From: Bugula neritina
Taxonomy: Eukaryota > Animalia > Bryozoa
Assembly (NCBI GenBank): GCA_964035545.1
Contig: OZ037768.1
Coordinates: forward strand, 8,836,741-8,900,740
DNA length: 64,000 nt
Reading direction: 5' to 3'
In this document: positions 14,115 through 28,297 of the stretch, piece by piece
Layout of the letters: the number at the start of each line of letters is the position of its first letter
How positions within the stretch are numbered: the first letter of the stretch is position 1
Notes under the pieces: generated by a model
Databases searched by the model: none
Told to the model about the DNA's origin: nothing
What the model saw: only the letters and a program-made list of their open reading frames with translations
Made by a program: the position numbers and the translations under genes

Positions 14115-15656
14115 TCATTTGTAAACTACTCGATCATGTGAAATATAAAGTAGTTCTCTATTTGCATCGAGGCACCATCCAATTGGACCTTGTTCACAGT
14201 CTGCACATAGTAAATACTTAATACCATTGACAGCATTGGAGAATCCTACATTCTCAAAGGTAAACATGCCATGAACTAACCAGAAATCTGACACTTCATC
14301 TAACTGAACATTTGGGCTTCCAGCTGTAGATGCCTTCACACTAACTTGAGGTAGCTCAGTCTAAACAAACAACCATACAATATAGTGTGTATACTACAAA
14401 ACACAGTAACTAAACTTAGATAGTATAAGCCCAATTTTGAGAGATAAAAAATCCTTAAACAATTTGAACGTTGTAGAGACTTTAGTTGATCAAATGTTTC
14501 TTGAAGCAGGGTGTAGGTCACTAAAACCTCTCATAGAATGGTTAGATGTGCTATCATTGATTATTTAATTAAACAATATTGTAATACCTTACCAGCTACA
14601 ACAACATCTACATGTAGAATATTAAAATAGCTGGTTGCGGTATTTAAAAAGGTCAAGCAACTTTATTACTGGAATATAACATAAATTGAAAGCAACAAAG
14701 ACCTTGAACCTAATGCTGTTGCATGTTTTAATTGTGGAGTAAATTATTTTATTGTGAAAACTAAAATAGCTTTAAAAATATTTAAATTATTCTGAGCCAA
14801 AGTTGTGGCAACTGTATTATGACTGATACAAACCAACAGTTTATGCTGAGTTGTGACCTGCAACCTTAGTACAAATGAACTAGTGAATAAGGAGGACAAA
14901 TGCCAAACAATTTTGTTGTTGAAAGTTTAGCTCTCAGTCATGAGCCATCTTTAGCTGCTTTAATTTTATATTTTAAAAATAAATTTATGATATAGAATTA
15001 AGGTAAAATTTGTTAAGGGCTAAAAGCTTAAATGAAACAAATCTTAGATATTCTTATATTATGTGGAGCTACTGTAAGAAACCAGGATATTGTATGACGC
15101 AAAATTTCCTTTTCTCCTTTTTACATATTTGTTATTTGTAGCCCACCCCTTAAGCTACAGAAGCTACATTAGATTTAAACTATTTTCCATGTCTAGTTCA
15201 GCACATTCATTGGGGTAAAATGTCTCAATCGGTGATAGTTAAATTGGATTTTATTAAGCCGCAAGAGTCATCACAGATTAAATAATTTTAGGTGTGCCAT
15301 CCTTTATTACAGAATTTGATTGTATGCTGGTCATATCTTTACGTTATTACATTCAGTAAATTTTAATCTTTACAGTGATGTAAAAAGTGTTAAATAGCAA
15401 ATGCCCTGAAACAAGAAAACTCTATTATTCATCAGTTGCATGCTTCCCACTGTATAAATATAATTATTTACAAAAAAAGGTGAAAAATAGGCATAGTTTT
15501 CGACTGATAGTAGATACATACTGGCTTGCTGATTAATTGTCCTTTTCCCGGTAATAGTACTAAACTAGAACAAACTTTGCAGTGAATATTCTTAGCATTG
15601 ACTTTGTTCTCTTCTCCCTCTACTGATAAAAGTAAATCTTGAGTCACTGTGGACAT
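14115..15656 (-). CDS. RABIF: Guanine nucleotide exchange factor/chaperone MSS4 (RAB-interacting factor); 2 coding exons (15656-15522, 14360-14115)
   Basis: NAKNIHCKVCSSLVLLPG and DFWLVHGMFTFENVGFS...KYLLCADCEQGPIGW with both Zn-binding CxxC pairs; phase-0 GT-AG intron. Confidence 0.93.
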
Positions 15657-16849
15657 TTTGCTCAGCACTACAATGAAAGCAAATGTGTGTGATTAAAACG
15701 TATTTACACATTATAGATAAGTATTATATAAGTAAGTCTCAACCTATATCAACACCTGTCTACTTATAAAGACAACATACATGTACATGCATTTCATTTA
15801 TTTTACTAATTTATTTATTAAGCTATAGCAGTGGAGCTAAGAAATGCATACAAAACAAATGATACCCAAAAACAAGACTGCTTTTAGTAATTTTTACACC
15901 AGTTTTGTTGAAAAAGAGATACTTGTAGGTAAACAGGCTTGTTATAATGTTAGAATTTTACTAAAGCATTCCATTTTGAAAAAATCTTCTGAAATAACAA
16001 TAAAGCATCTATCCTGAGTAAAGCAGACTACAGACTATACATATTACTGGAGTTGTGCTTCCAGCTAATGGGTAGAGGTTTAAGTAACAGAGGAAACAAA
16101 TGAGGCACTTTTCAGTTTACATGCAAGTTTTCAGGATAACCATTATTAGTACTAATACACGTGTAGAAAACTAGGAAGCCAAACATAAAGCCAATAAGTA
16201 TAACCATTCAACGCTGTAAACAAAAAAACTAAATCTGAAAGTCATCAATTAAACTCACTAAATTCGATTTCATAAAACAATAAAAGTACAAACTAGAATT
16301 TTCAAATTTATCCATTCCTTGTTAATTTTCACATCTAAGAGTAAAATAAATATTAATACTAATACTCTATTACTAATAGTAATAAACAATAATAATTTTC
16401 AACTTTACAGCACCTATATTAATATAATTATAAACAATAACTACTTATTTACTGAGGAATCAGTGAGGAGCTAATAAATCAAGTTAAAGTTTAAAGTAGA
16501 TAAAGTAAAAATCATAAGATTGAAGACTAAAAGTCTAAAAGCCAAAGGCAAAATGAAAAGTGAAGACAAACTGGAAGTGCAACTGGCAATGAGTATGACA
16601 AAGTAAAAGTTAAAGTTTTGCTATTAGTATTACTATTAGTATTAGTATTATAATTATAACATTTACATAATTATTAGTATTGACAATGTTATAATTAAAC
16701 TTATGAATTTTCACCCTAGCATTTATTGACAACTGCCCTTATACTTAGAGCAAGACTAACAAGTCTAACAGTTATATTTGTAGTCATAGTACTAGTCTAG
16801 TAGAAATTGAAATATTAATTTAAACGGAAACCATTAATACGTAAAGAAA

Positions 16850-17010
16850 TTGCAAACGCTGTAAGTACTGGCTAAAGGCAAGTCGAAACTTCGTATACAA
16901 TATTATTATTATTGTTCTCGACCGGTAAGAAAAAAATATTGGGGCAAAAATTGCGCCTATTACAAAATTAAATTTCCGGTCACACATTCTGATTCTGCTG
17001 GTTACCTTAT
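16850..17010. promoter_or_regulatory. Probable bidirectional promoter core for RABIF (-) and peroxiredoxin (+)
   Basis: Head-to-head genes; local CpG-containing patch with TTTCCGGT (reverse ETS motif, 16973-16980) and a candidate 5'UTR donor CCG|GTAAGA at 16925; flanked on both sides by hexamer-periodic tracts. Confidence 0.45.
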
Positions 17011-18050
17011 AAGCATGTTGACATTGATGTTCAACGTGTTATGAGTTATGTTCATTTTCATATTGAATGCTATTGCTATTCCTTTAGGCTTTAGCTTAGT
17101 CTTGTGTCAATTTTAAGTTTTTTCTTCTTATTTTTGTTTTATATAAAGTTATTTGTTTTGTTTTATTGTACGTTAGCTAGCTTTTCCATACAAACTCAAA
17201 AGTTAAGGTATCGTTACCGGTTACACTAACACTTACAGTTACTGTTAACAATAACGGTTACACTTACTCTTAGTCTTACAGTTACTGATAGTGTTACTGT
17301 TAGCTGCTAGGAGTAGAAGTAAGCAGCTGTTGCTGGTAGTAGCACCCTTATAGTTATAGTTGTATGGTTATATTTTATTATTTAAACTTAAACTTGAAGG
17401 GTTTAGCTTTAAGTTTAAGTTTTAGTTTGACTAAGTTGATCTCGTATTGAATTTGATATCTCAATCTGTCATGATTTACCTTACAGTTACAGTTGCTCTT
17501 ACTCTTAGTCATGAGCAGTAAGCTAGAGCTAAACTTGGGTCTTAAATTTTAAACTTGCTGTTGTACTACTAAAGTAAAAGTTAAAGTTAAACTGGTATCC
17601 GTATTGTGTCAATCAGTAGCACTAACCCTAGGTACTGGTGGGGGACTCAAACTATTACTATTAGTATTAGTAGTGCAGAAGAAGAAGAGTGCGATAACTG
17701 ATAGTGGTATAGGTTAGCTTTGAGATTGAATCCAAGTATAATATTAAATTTAATAGTAGTACTGATACTAATCACTAATGCAATGGTAATACTCTAATAG
17801 TAATACTAACTCTTAGTCTAATGGTAATACTAATAGTAATTGTTATAGTTATATCTATAGTAACTTACTAACTCCAAGTAAAACTAAATATAATAGTAAT
17901 AATGATTTACTACAACTATTCAGTTGCCACTAAGGTCTAATGATCTCACCATGGCTGAGCCAAAGTGACAGAGTTTTAAGGACTGCTTTTAGACTTTAGT
18001 TAGTAAATTTAATGCAACTTTAATATTGTAGCTTCCACAACTTGACCACC

Positions 18051-19613
18051 ATGAGTTCTATCGCTCTTACTAAACCAGCACCCAATTTTTCTGGCACAGC
18101 TGTTGTAGACTCGGATTTTAAAACCATCAAACTTGCTGATTATCGTGGAAAATATTTGGTCTTATTTTTTTATCCTCTTGACTTGTAAGTACTAGTACAA
18201 CATTTTTATTTTGCTGATTCTGGTCAGTGATTTTGTAGAAATATATAGAATAATAGTGATGTATATATTTCTACAAGTTTCATCAAGTTACAAACAGGAA
18301 AGATCGACCAATCAAGTGACTCGTTATAGCAGAACAAGTGATGTTGCTCTGCTCAATCCGAGTGTTCGCAGATTTTACATTTGTAGCCTTAGAGTAATAT
18401 TTCTTTTTTAATTAAATATTTTTTTGAACTACTAAGAATAATACACAACTAATTTATCAGCTTGTATGTGCCCACTATTGTAAAATGTTGCCTTATACAA
18501 TTTGTGATCAACTTCTCAACATTCTATGATTTGTGGTGGCAGGTGAAGTTTAATGTAATGGAATAATCGAAAAGCAATAATTTTGAACATGAGTGTCTAA
18601 TTCTCGTACACTTTATAATAATTTTTCGTTACAGCACCTTTGTTTGCCCAACAGAGATAATTGCATTCAGTGACCGTGTTCAAGAATTTCAAGCAATCAA
18701 TTGCGAGGTATGATTCATGGCTAAAAGCCTTATTCTAATGAAATGGACATATTGCAGATTCCACTGCCTAAATTGTTTTCTCTGATACATTATTTTCTTC
18801 TGGTATAAAGGTTGTGGCGTGCTCAACGGACTCGCATTTCTCACATTTAGCTTGGACTGAAAAATCTAGGAAAGAGGGAGGCTTAGGCAAGATGAACATA
18901 CCACTTCTGGCTGATAAAACTGGAGCAATCTCAAAAGCCTATGGGGTCTACAAAGAAGATGAAGGTAACTAAAATTAGGAATTTCGATAACTTCAATGTC
19001 TTGCCTTATAAATATTTGCTGAAAGAATTTCAAGCTCACATCAATCTACCAGTGCCTGAAAATAATTGTTGTTATTTTGCACACCAATTGCCCAGAATTT
19101 ATTCATTATATTATGAATAACTTTACACACACTATAAGAAACTTGCAAGATGACGGTAACTTAATTCAAGTTTTCTTTTAATTTAAACTAATTTGAGGTT
19201 TCTTGCTATTCAAATTGTCCCTTTACCTTAAATTTTGTCAATATTCTGCATAAACTCTGCACATTCAAAAATTGCTGGAAGTGCATTTTGGCAGGTTTTA
19301 TGATCCACATAGCTAGCTCACTAAAAACCAACCCAAATCAAGACAAGGGATGTAATCTGTATTTAACTTGTTTATTGAAGGTATTGCATTCCGAGGGCTG
19401 TTCATTATTGATGACAAAGGCAATCTAAGGCAAATTACTGTGAATGATTTGCCAGTGGGCCGAAGTGTGGATGAGACATTACGACTGGTTCAAGCGTTCC
19501 AATTCACAGATAAACATGGAGAGGTCTGCCCTGCTGGATGGAAGCCTGGAAGCTCTACTATGAAGCCAGACCCTAAAGGAAGCCTTTCATATTTCCAAAA
19601 GCATTCTAGCTAA
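18051..19613 (+). CDS. PRDX1: Typical 2-Cys peroxiredoxin (Prx1/2-like, cytosolic); 4 coding exons (18051-18184, 18635-18707, 18811-18964, 19381-19613)
   Basis: FFYPLDF|TFVCPTE (peroxidatic Cys), [12 protein letters not shown] (resolving Cys) and C-terminal YF; no obvious signal or transit peptide; exact paralogue assignment uncertain. Confidence 0.93.
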
Positions 19614-20164
19614 TCTCACACATGCTTTAATGCTAAATTTGAGGATTTTGAAATCTCTAGCATTACCTTTTTTTTTGATAAATCTAGTCCTTGGGTTGAA
19701 AGATCTGATATTTCATTATTTCTTTGTTGCAACGTTTCTATTTTAGATACATTTTCACACACTTCAATTCTCAACATTAATTTTGAGGTACATTGTAGAT
19801 GGGTTTAGTAGTATATAATTATTTCATAAATCATAATATGTAGCTAGTTAGCATCAACAATCAAATAGCATAATAAATGTTATGTTGATTGAACCCTTGC
19901 TTCTTTTAATCATACATGAAACAAAATATGGAAAGACGATATTTGTGAAACATAGAGCAGAGTATATATGTAGAAGCTATAATAAAAAATATCCTTGCAA
20001 AGTAACCATAGTTAAATAATTTTACTGCTGAATTTTTGCAGATGCCAATAAATACAGGAATATGTTAGTTGAAAGTTGCACTATTTTATCAAAACAGATA
20101 GGGAGTTGTTGAGTCGACAAGAATATTTCCGTTCAATCTTTAGCTGCAAGATGGTGCTGAGGCA

Positions 20165-23100
20165 TCACCGCTGTGTCAACAGTCTCTCTATTGCTGCGTT
20201 GACATCCCCGTAAGTGGCTGTAAGTGCTAAATTAGAAAAGTCAGATTATTACAGATAAGTTCAGACATGAAAACAGTCAACAATTGTTTACTATTGTTTC
20301 ACTTCAGCTTTTTTCATTTGAGCAAAGAATGAAATACAGCAAGTATGCAAAATTTTTCAAATTTATATTTAATTGTACCTTGTATGTTGGCTGACCTATC
20401 CAGAAAGCCCATATTTGCTAATTGCTCCAATTGACTAGCAAACCTTTCCTCAGGAGGTTGAGTATTGGCATTTGCAGTGCCCAACATGTTCATCTACAAT
20501 TGAATGTAGTCTTACAATGGTCTGGCAAGTACAGCTAGATTATTATGCATATCTAGTATTAACATAGAAAGGCATACTACTTCGCATGGGACCACATAAA
20601 ACTGATTTCCTGAATTCGTCAAAATCCACTGCAGGAGGGACCTACCACACTTGTGTGTTGTCAGCAAGAACGGAAATTTACTATGATATTTATTTAACTT
20701 TAGGGTTCGCCTACGGGCTTTTGTTTCATCTCCATCAAATGGCATATACAAACACAGAAAGTAGAAAAACTCTATTGCTAGAAAATAAAAATATGCACTA
20801 GAAACTTAAACTGTGCTTGCTAAATAGTATTCAGCCAATTAAATCATTACCAAACTGGCAGTTCAGCATTATATCTGCATGAAATCTGCACCAAACAGCT
20901 CATTTTCGGCTTGTGCGGATTTTCCACTAGTGGCCAGTGTGGCCCCACGCTTACTGTACGTATTATCAATGACATTATGTCAAGTAACGTACCATTTGAG
21001 TCATCATATTAGACATGTCTGGAGGGTTCCCTCCGGTGGTTGCACCTGATGCAGGAGCAGCTGTGGTGTTTGAAGTGGTATTACCTGAAGCAGGCGCATT
21101 TCCAGACGGACCAAATCCAGGCATTTGAAACATTTCAGGCATCCTAAAACCACACAATTACTATAATCAAATATGTTAGAGTATATTTATAAATGATATG
21201 CCAACTAATAATTAAAAAGGAGCAATTCATTTTTGCGCTAACAGAACTTATCGAGTCATTATAACATGAATACCCAGTAGAATTCACAAGTGAAGGGGCT
21301 TCTCTCCTCAGAGTTTCATAACCAGAGCGAATCTGCATCAGAGCCTCCATAACCCTAGGGTTTGACATAGCTGTTTGCATTTCTGGATTTTGCATCTAAA
21401 TGAAATTCAACCGATATAAAATACAAAATATCTGTTTTCCACAATGAGAAATAGTAAATTATTTGACTAATAACTTATAGGCCATCCTCTAGGGTCTTAT
21501 GGCGTGACCAAGTGTGGTAATCAAACAAATGGACTTTCTAAAAGTTAACAAACAACCACTGTAGGATCTTTTCAAATCATAGGAATGATCCATTTCTGAA
21601 AAATATTCATGTTAGCATATTGAAAGATATACGATATCATCTATAAATATGCCACTAAATTATATTTGTGAGCTGCAACACTCGGTCGTCTTATTACCTA
21701 ACATTAAGAATGAAACAACCTGGGTTCGTAAAGTCACATTGGGCAACAATTAGAGTTTTACTTCCCCTCAACATGCTGCAGCAAAACTACCATCCAAGAC
21801 AAGTAAACTAAATTAACAGAGACAATTGAAATAAGTACCTGCTGAAAAATCTGAGGAAGATTTTCTCGCATGGCTTCGGCCATTTGTGGATTACTGTTGA
21901 GTAGAGGATTGTTGGCCATGAGCTGTTGCAACATCTCAGGATTACCTTGTAGCTGATTCATGGTTGACTGAACTTGAGGATTGGAAAACATGCTTCGCAT
22001 CAGCTCAGGGTTCTGCATCATTTGAGACATCATCCCTTGCACTGCAGGGTTGTTCATCATACCTAGCAACACATTAGGCAAACATATTATATATCGAAAG
22101 CATGTCTGCTGGCTTATAACACATCACCTAGAACACGAGACCTGTAGCCCTTCATGTAAACCAGAATAGTAGTAATAACCAGCATGGTCAGAAATAGCCG
22201 GAAGGTTGCTGCATTAAACTTACCTCCCATACCAGAAGTAGAATTGGTGCCGGGAGTTGTAGCGGTATTGCTGGGTGTAGAGCTAGTAGTAGCAGTAGTA
22301 GCAGCCGTGGTGCGAGGAGTGGGTGCCCACGGATTAGGTAAGGGTTCATTATTTTCCATACCTTCCTGAGAATTACTGCTGCTGTTTCCTACAAACCGTC
22401 AAGTTGCAATACTCTAAGAGTTTATTTAAGATATAATGCTGCCATAAAATAACTATACACCCTACAATATGGCCACCTAGTATGTGCAACACTACTGCAA
22501 ACACAAATAAGACCAGCAAATAGAAGATAAATATGGTCCTAAATTTTAGCAGTTGATTCGTTAGGAGTTATATTTTCAATAGTTTATGGCACCAAAAGGC
22601 TTATTTTTTGTCACATAATGTTTGTAAAATCAAAAACTACATAGAAGCATAATTCTGATCAAACAATAACAACGCACAACAAATTAGAGAGAGCCAGCAT
22701 GAGTTAGTAAATACCTGAATTGTTTGCTAATGCGGCGAATGGGTTCTGATTAGTAGTGGCACTCATCATTGGTTCTTGAATGTCACGATATATTCTCTGT
22801 AAATGGTTCATGCCACCAGGCATAGACTGAAAACACCAGCAACAAAACTATAACATACATGAATGTTATGTGAAACAGAGCAACATTCCATAAAATATTT
22901 ATTCATAATATATACCAAGCAGTGCAGACACACAGGTATAAAATTTACCTCTAGATTACTGAGTACTCTATCCTGCTGCCTCATCATCTCCTGCATTGCT
23001 GCTGGATTTCTCATCAAGTCCATAGTCTGCAATATTAAAATAATAGTATCTAATATCTAACAGAGGGAGCAGATTGGGTCTAGTGGTTAGAGCACCAGCT

Positions 23101-26100
23101 TAGTGGACCATGGTCCATGGAAAGCCGGGTGCTTGTCAGTTGTTGGAACTCCAGTAATGTAAAGGCATTCAGTCATAATTGCTCTTTCAACACAATAGAG
23201 AAAACAAGCCCTTGTCTCACTAAAAGAAACCATTGTCATCAGGGGTTCTCACAGGAATGGCGATTATAAGCGCATACTCAAGTTTATCCAATTCTAACAG
23301 AAACCATTAAAAGACATTTCTGTATGTTTCAAAAACACAACATAACTACCTGACGCATCATCTCGGGATTATTCAACATATGACTGATTTCTGGGTTTCT
23401 CTCCATCAACTCACGCATCTGTGGATTATTGGTGAGCATTGTCCGCAATATCTCGGGGTTATTCAACATAGATTGCATCATGGGACTGTCTAGAATCTGC
23501 CGCATGCTCTCTGGATTTCTCATCATCTACATTTATGTCAATCATATAATGTCAGCACGCAAAGAACACAACTCTAACATTTGATGAATGGTAGCTTCAA
23601 CAACAGAATATATTCATAGACACATCACCTGTTGCTGTACTTGAGCCTGCATTTGTGATAAATCTACACCACCTCCTAATCCACCAGCCCCTCCAAGACC
23701 GCCGAACATATTGAATGGGCTAGCAGCAGGGGGTGCAGTACTAGTGTTACTGTTAGAAGGCTGATTAGTATTTGATGCACTTGAGGTAGGTGTATCTGCA
23801 GGCTGCAATAGATTTTCAAATTAGAAATCACACTGTATACAAAATAATTCAAGATAACCAAAAGCTAAACTGACGGAAATAGATTGTGTATTTGTGTTGG
23901 ACATCGTTGCACTGAAAATAAATCAAATTGTAATCTTAAACTAAATAACTTTTTAATTTGACAAAATCTCAAGCATTTCTAAATAAAAATAACAAATTTA
24001 TCCTTCAAAATTAATAGTTAAATAATGCTAAACAATTCTTATTAAATGCTATTTTCAAAACTTTCATGAGTGTCATCTTCTCTTTAGGAGACAAAATATG
24101 GGTAATTAATCCACCAAAATGCAAAAGGCACATCTAAGCAGTGTGATATTGTACCTTATTTGCTGATTTTATAACCAAGTGAATAGTTAGGCCATCTTTA
24201 AGTCCCACAGCAGATAATTGGTCAGTGTCTTTTAATATCTTCCCAGCAAATATTAGACAAAGTTGTGGAATTGTGGTTTTGAATGTTTCAGATATTTTTT
24301 TCTTGAACTAAAAATCGCCACAAATAATAGTATTAATTAGTACCTCAGAGTTGATAAGTACAGTAAGTTAGTTGCAACATTAACTATAAGAATTAATAGG
24401 TCATTCATCATGCGAGAAGTAAGCATACTATTGTCTACTATCTACAGATATTATAACTAATTAAAATACAGTATGGCTATCAAGTCTTTAAAACAATTTT
24501 AAAAACTGAAACAAATTTATCTAAGGACTGAAACACATCATATTTAACCTGTAGATATAAAACAATAATCTGTTGCCGAATAATCAGTAATATTAATATA
24601 ATATATATTACAACAAAACTACGTGGCATGAAACATTAGTTATAAGCCTAACACAAAAGCCCGTTAAATAGGTATAGATGTTAATGTGTCGCTTAACTCC
24701 AGTTTCTTTTTTAAAACACTGTGCTAACGATATCAATTCAATAAAAACTTGCATAATGACAAATAAATTAAAGCTGAATATTAAAATTCCTAAATAATGA
24801 CATATTGATTTAATTAGATAATCTTCGGAATTGGTGGCTTGGTGCACAATGACTGTAACTAACTTTGATTGACTCTAACTACCAAATAAAGCTAGGTCTA
24901 TAACTAGGTTCACTAGTATTTTTAAGAATACAAATCTATTTTAGCCATTATTAACTAAGCATTTCTGAATATTAAACATAACGTAAACATTTGGATATTC
25001 GTAAATTTAGAAAACAATTCAACTAAAACTTAATGCCTGGCACACTAAGCTAAAAGGCTGGGCAATTATACCTATATGGTTGGCGCGGCTAAACACAACT
25101 GAAAAGCTCATGCTGAGTGCTAAAAGCAGTTTGACAACATAACAGTATAACTTTGGCAGCAAATATTTTTCAGCTACATTAGTCTGAAGTAATTATCCTG
25201 CTTCAGTTTCAAACTAATAACTTTTGTGTGTCATTTTAAAACTTGCATTACCTAAGCTATTTTTCTGGTGCAAAATATTGCAGCTATAAGAACAGCACAA
25301 AACTGTATAGTATTCAATTTGATTCATTTGGCAGACATGAGTGATAGTTATACTATAATAATTTTTAAAGTTCAATCAGACTGGAAAAATTTGGTATCAG
25401 TCACTATTCACTATTTATAAAATATTCAACATGATTGATGTATGTATGGCCATAAATCTAATCAAATAAATAGTGAAATAAAGTATAAATGATTCTTAGT
25501 AACAAACATACTAGTATTGGCAAAATAATACTAAAATAACAATATTAATATTTATATAATATATGCTACTAAACAATCAATTCAATATTTACATGATAGT
25601 TAAAATGCTACTAGTACTTGTACTTAATGATAACATTAATAATTAAACTTCATAACAAAATCATCACTAATAGTAATACTAATATTAATAGTAAATGTTA
25701 ATTATAAGAATAATTATACTTATATAGTAATAATAACTTTTATCAATATGGCAATCACATAAGTCACAGCAATTATCATAATTGTAAATGATAACTGATA
25801 AAACAATTGATTACAATGAAAACTTTGACAACTTCAACTTGATAATTATATTTATAGTGATTACCATAATCATAATGATAGTGTCTATAACTGTCTTATA
25901 AGTATAAGTATATGATAGATTATGAATAGCAATATCCATATGAATAACTTGATTAAAAACTAATTTAAATTATATTCAATAATTTAATTTTATAATAATT
26001 GATCATGACAATCGTATTTCTCTATTAAATATAATTATAATGATAATCATAATATTAATTTGAATTTAATGTTATGTTAATTACTCAATTACTTTTAGTA

Positions 26101-26466
26101 TTAGTATTAGTATTACTAATAAAATTAAATGTTATAATTATTATTATAATAAACTTAAACATATTCATATTGATATTCATGATCATCATCAGACACCATC
26201 AGGCATTACCATGCCAATAATAATATTAATTAAATAATAATATAAATATTATTAATATAATATTATTAATACTTATTTTAGTTTCAAACTCAAACTGGCA
26301 TTGTGATTGTAACTGAATTATTACTATAAGTATAAGTATAAAACTAAATATTAAGTAGTGCAAGTAGTAGTACCTCCAAAACTGTTTCTTGAAGATTTAC
26401 GTCAAATGTGTGCTTGTCTTTGGGAGTTTTTACGGTTATTTTGGCAACACTGTCCGAGTCAGCCAT
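20165..26466 (-). CDS. UBQLN: Ubiquilin (UBL - STI1 repeats - UBA), multi-exon
   Basis: [30 protein letters not shown]...[10 protein letters not shown] (UBL); Met/Asn/Pro-rich STI1 repeats; [10 protein letters not shown]; [43 protein letters not shown] (UBA); stop TGA 20165-20167. Confidence 0.95.
23064..23270 (+). mobile_element. tRNA-derived SINE, copy 2 (ubiquilin intron)
   Basis: TGGGTCTAGTGGTTAGAGC A-box-like head, AAAGGCATTCAGTCATAA body, CAGGGGTTCTCACAGGAATGGCGATTATAA 3' motif. Confidence 0.7.
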
Positions 26467-27798
26467 TTCATTCATTGATGAAGCTATTGATATAAAAACA
26501 ATCTAAGTCTCTACAATGGTGTAACTCAAATAACAAGAGTTATATACCAAATGTACAGGAAATGGCAGCTGTAACAAGTGTCAAGTGACAATAATATTAA
26601 TTGAACCAACTGTTGGCGAAGTGTATCAGTATGACTACAAGTTAGAGTAAGAGGATGAGTATCGTTCAACTTTATGTGTGAGTTGTGAGCATCTGTATAA
26701 AAGATGTTTAGCCTTATTACTAAACTGGCCCGGTCAGCTAGCTTTGCAATAAGCCCACAAAATATACTTCCGATTCGTCTTATTGAGTAGATCTACCAAG
26801 TTTAGACTATACTTGAAAACAACATTGATAATTGTGTGCATAGTTATTACCAGATTATTTAAAATATGATTTTTTTATGAGTTATGAAAAAACTTTATTT
26901 ATTTTAAAAATTTACTAGCTTGAATGAATCTATTAGGTACATCGGTACAGTCAGTTGACGTGGCTAGATGGCGATAAGGCTATTTGACTGACTTCGTTGC
27001 ACTATTCACGATATAGTTGAATCATTCTAGGGTACCAGAAAGATAAACATTTTATTGCATAATGTAGTTAAATATTTTTTTTACCTTCAAAAATTTTAAA
27101 TATTTTGTAGATTTTAAAATTTATTGTAAAAATAAATTGTTATTTAATGCAATCAGTTCGTTTTTTGTTTACCCAAATAATTAAAAGCAGACGCTTATAA
27201 TCGATGAACACAAAATAATATCAGTTCAGTGCTTATAAGAATGCACAAGCTATACTTACAGAGTTATCTCCCTAATAAGATTAAAAAAACGATATACTCG
27301 TATACTCACTCCAATTTTGGTATAGCTACCTTGTTTAACATACTATTATTTTGTTCCAGTATTGTAGAAGCTTCAGATTTTGAGAGATTATAGATAGCCT
27401 AATAACCACGTGCAACAAAAGCAACTAAAAAATGATTTACATTAGTTTTGTGCTATTAATTGTAATATTTTATTACACATCAACACCATATTTCAGGCCT
27501 GTAATTGCTATATTTTATGGTTTGGATCTTGAGTCTGAAGCTTGGATGTTCGAGTGCTTATAATGGCCTACCTAATATGTTAAATGCATGGGTAAGACCT
27601 GTTTGTACGATAAAATTAACACACTGTTTAATGGAACATGACAATTTTTATATTGGCTCTACCTACCAAGAAACAACTTCTAAAACCATAATAAAGAGTC
27701 AATCATTCATAGTGTGTTTATGCTCATGCAAAAGTTATAGTGCATCTTATGGGCACCCAAGCTGTTCTTTACCAATATAATATATAAATATTATTCAC

Positions 27799-28297
<499 letters not shown>

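Noticed and set aside
19613-20165. Overlapping 3'UTRs of the convergent peroxiredoxin and ubiquilin genes (similarly MDH1B and GAD)
   Set aside because: Several candidate polyA signals exist and overlap cannot be established from sequence alone
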